64,000 nucleotides of DNA from positions 337,342,001 through 337,406,000 of the forward strand of contig OZ024742.1 in the NCBI GenBank assembly GCA_964016885.1, given 5' to 3'. The notes beneath the pieces were generated by a model that ran no database searches, was not told the origin of the DNA, and worked only from the letters and a program-made list of their open reading frames with translations. The translations under genes and the position numbers were made by a program. Positions 62,248-64,000 of the stretch are shown piece after piece (within the stretch, counting starts at the first letter, position 1; each line of letters starts with the position of its first letter). The DNA is from Eledone cirrhosa (Eukaryota).

Positions 62248-64000
62248 CCTTAAAAGGTCGCTCTAACGAGGTTGTAGAAATGCTTGAACGTAAGGAGATT
62301 GATGTTTGCTGTATCCAAGAGACCAGGTGGAGGGGCGGGTCTGCTAGATTCATTGTGGGTAAAAAACGATGCTATAAGCTTTTCTGGGTGGGAAATGACA
62401 ATGGGCTGGGTGGGGTAGGAATCATGTTAGCAGAAAAATGGGTGGATAAGATAATAGACGTAAATAGAGTGAACGACAGAATAATTAAAATAAGACTTAT
62501 TCTAAATAGAACTACTGTGACAGTAATATCTGCATACACACCCCAATCCAGACTGCCTGGCGCTATAAAAGACAGATTCTATGAGACACTGATGCTCACT
62601 ACTTCCCAAATAACCGACAGTGACTATATAATTATTGCTGGCGACCTAAATGGTCACATTGGACAACATTGTGATGTCTATGATGGAATCCATGGAGGCT
62701 ATGGGTTTGGTACTAGAAATGAGGAAGGCTCCAGAATCCTGGAATTCTGTGACGCAAATAACCTAACTATCTGTAACACTAACTTCAAAAAACGAGACAA
62801 TCACTTGATCACCTACAGATCAGGGGAACATACCAGCCAGGTAGATTATATCATTACAAGAAGACGTGACAGAGTGTCTGTTGTAAACACTAAATCCCTC
62901 CCCCATGAAGAATGCACCTCTCTACATAGACTCATAATTAGCGACCTCATAGTCAGGATGAGACGTACTCGACAACAGAAGAGGACTATCCTCAGGAGAA
63001 AAATATGGAAGCTAAAGGACCCCACAGCCAGTAATAAATTTAAAAGCATATTACTTGATGCTTTCGACAGTAAGGAAGAGCAATTAGAGTCGTACAATAT
63101 AGAGGAACAGTGGGAATTCCTGAAAGCAAACCTGCTGATGCCGTCAGATGAAGTCTGGGGCTGGAGTAGGCCTATAGGCAGGAGGAGTGTAACGTGGTGG
63201 TGGAACACTAAGGTGGAGGAGTCAATTAAGGCCAAAAAGCAGGCTTGGAAAGTATGGCGGGATGGGGGAAGTAGAGAAGACTATCAAGTGGCCAGGAGGG
63301 AAGCTAGGAGACAAGTGTACTTCGCAAGAAGGGAAGCAGAGGAAAGAAAGTTCAAGCATGTTCTACAACGCGAGGACCAAAAACGTGAGGTGTTCAGGAT
63401 TGCTAGGCAATGTGTCAAGGAAAACCGTGATATTGTTGGGGAGAAGTGTGTCCTTAATGATGATGGTGTACTTGCCATCACTGACGCTGATAAGAAGGTA
63501 GCTTGGAAGTGTCACTACAAAAGGCTACTAAATGAGGAGAATAAATGGGAGAAAGACAGTCTTCCCCACATCGATCCAATAGAGGGACCAGCAGTGTTAG
63601 TTGAAGGTAGTATAATAAGTAAGGCAATCAAAGATATGAAGACGGATAAGGCGGCTGGGCCTTCGGAAATAGTTGCTGAAATGCTGAAAGCTTCTGGAAC
63701 GGTGGGACACACTATGGTCACCCGGATAGTAAACCAAGTCATACAGAATGGGGTCATACCAAATGACTGGCGTAGCAGCATCATCATTAACTGCTACAAG
63801 AGTAAAGGAGATGCCCTAGATAGGGGTAACTATAGAGGCATTAAATTAATCGACCAGGTCATGAAGGTCACAGAAAAAGTAATAGCGCAACTAATCAGAG
63901 AGCAAATTGATCTAGATGAAATGCAGTTCGGGTTTGTGTCAGATAAAAGTACCACAGACGCTCTTTTCATTGTACGACAACTACAGGAGAAGTACCTAGC
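62248..64000 (+). mobile_element. RTE LINE ORF (APE endonuclease and start of RT), apparently open to the window edge
   Basis: Read by eye: TLKGRSNEVVEMLERKEIDVCCIQETRW, GGVGIML, ISAYTPQ, AGDLNGHIG, SQVDYII, KGDALDRGNYRGIKL, QFGF. Diverged paralog of 54080-56575; absent from the ORF track, consistent with no stop being reached. Confidence 0.92.

Noticed and set aside
54210-63787. Numerous 60-210 aa ORFs antisense or out of frame to RTE and CRE coding regions
   Set aside because: Shadow ORFs of retroelement sequence with no independent motifs.

Overview
Eukaryotic (animal) genomic DNA. The AT-rich background, abundant (TA)n, tRNA-headed SINEs and RTE LINEs look cephalopod (Octopus-like); that assignment is inference. 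One host gene can be reconstructed on the minus strand: a secreted von Willebrand factor A (vWA)-domain protein. Its signal-peptide exon is at 43788-43882 and its vWA domain is split over exons 41884-42182 and 8808-9063, with matching splice phases and an intact MIDAS motif. The 32.8-kb intron inside the vWA domain is about 90% one 28-bp minisatellite (about 1050 units), which is almost free of AG dinucleotides on the transcribed strand. The next intron holds a 63-bp minisatellite (at least 126 units). The long Tyr/His/Thr ORFs in the ORF track are artefacts of the 28-bp array, and the MAEERSESS-type ORFs of the 63-bp array. The region 44-64 kb is a dense nest of transposons: RTE LINEs carrying a PHD-type finger inside the RT region, CR1 and CRE LINE relics, a Tc1/mariner-type element, SINEs, and Penelope-like palindromic elements sitting in (TA)n. 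Those palindromes carry minimal type-I hammerhead ribozyme motifs, including a compensatory U3-A8 core variant in two different elements. Most repeat boundaries are approximate, and no database searches were run.
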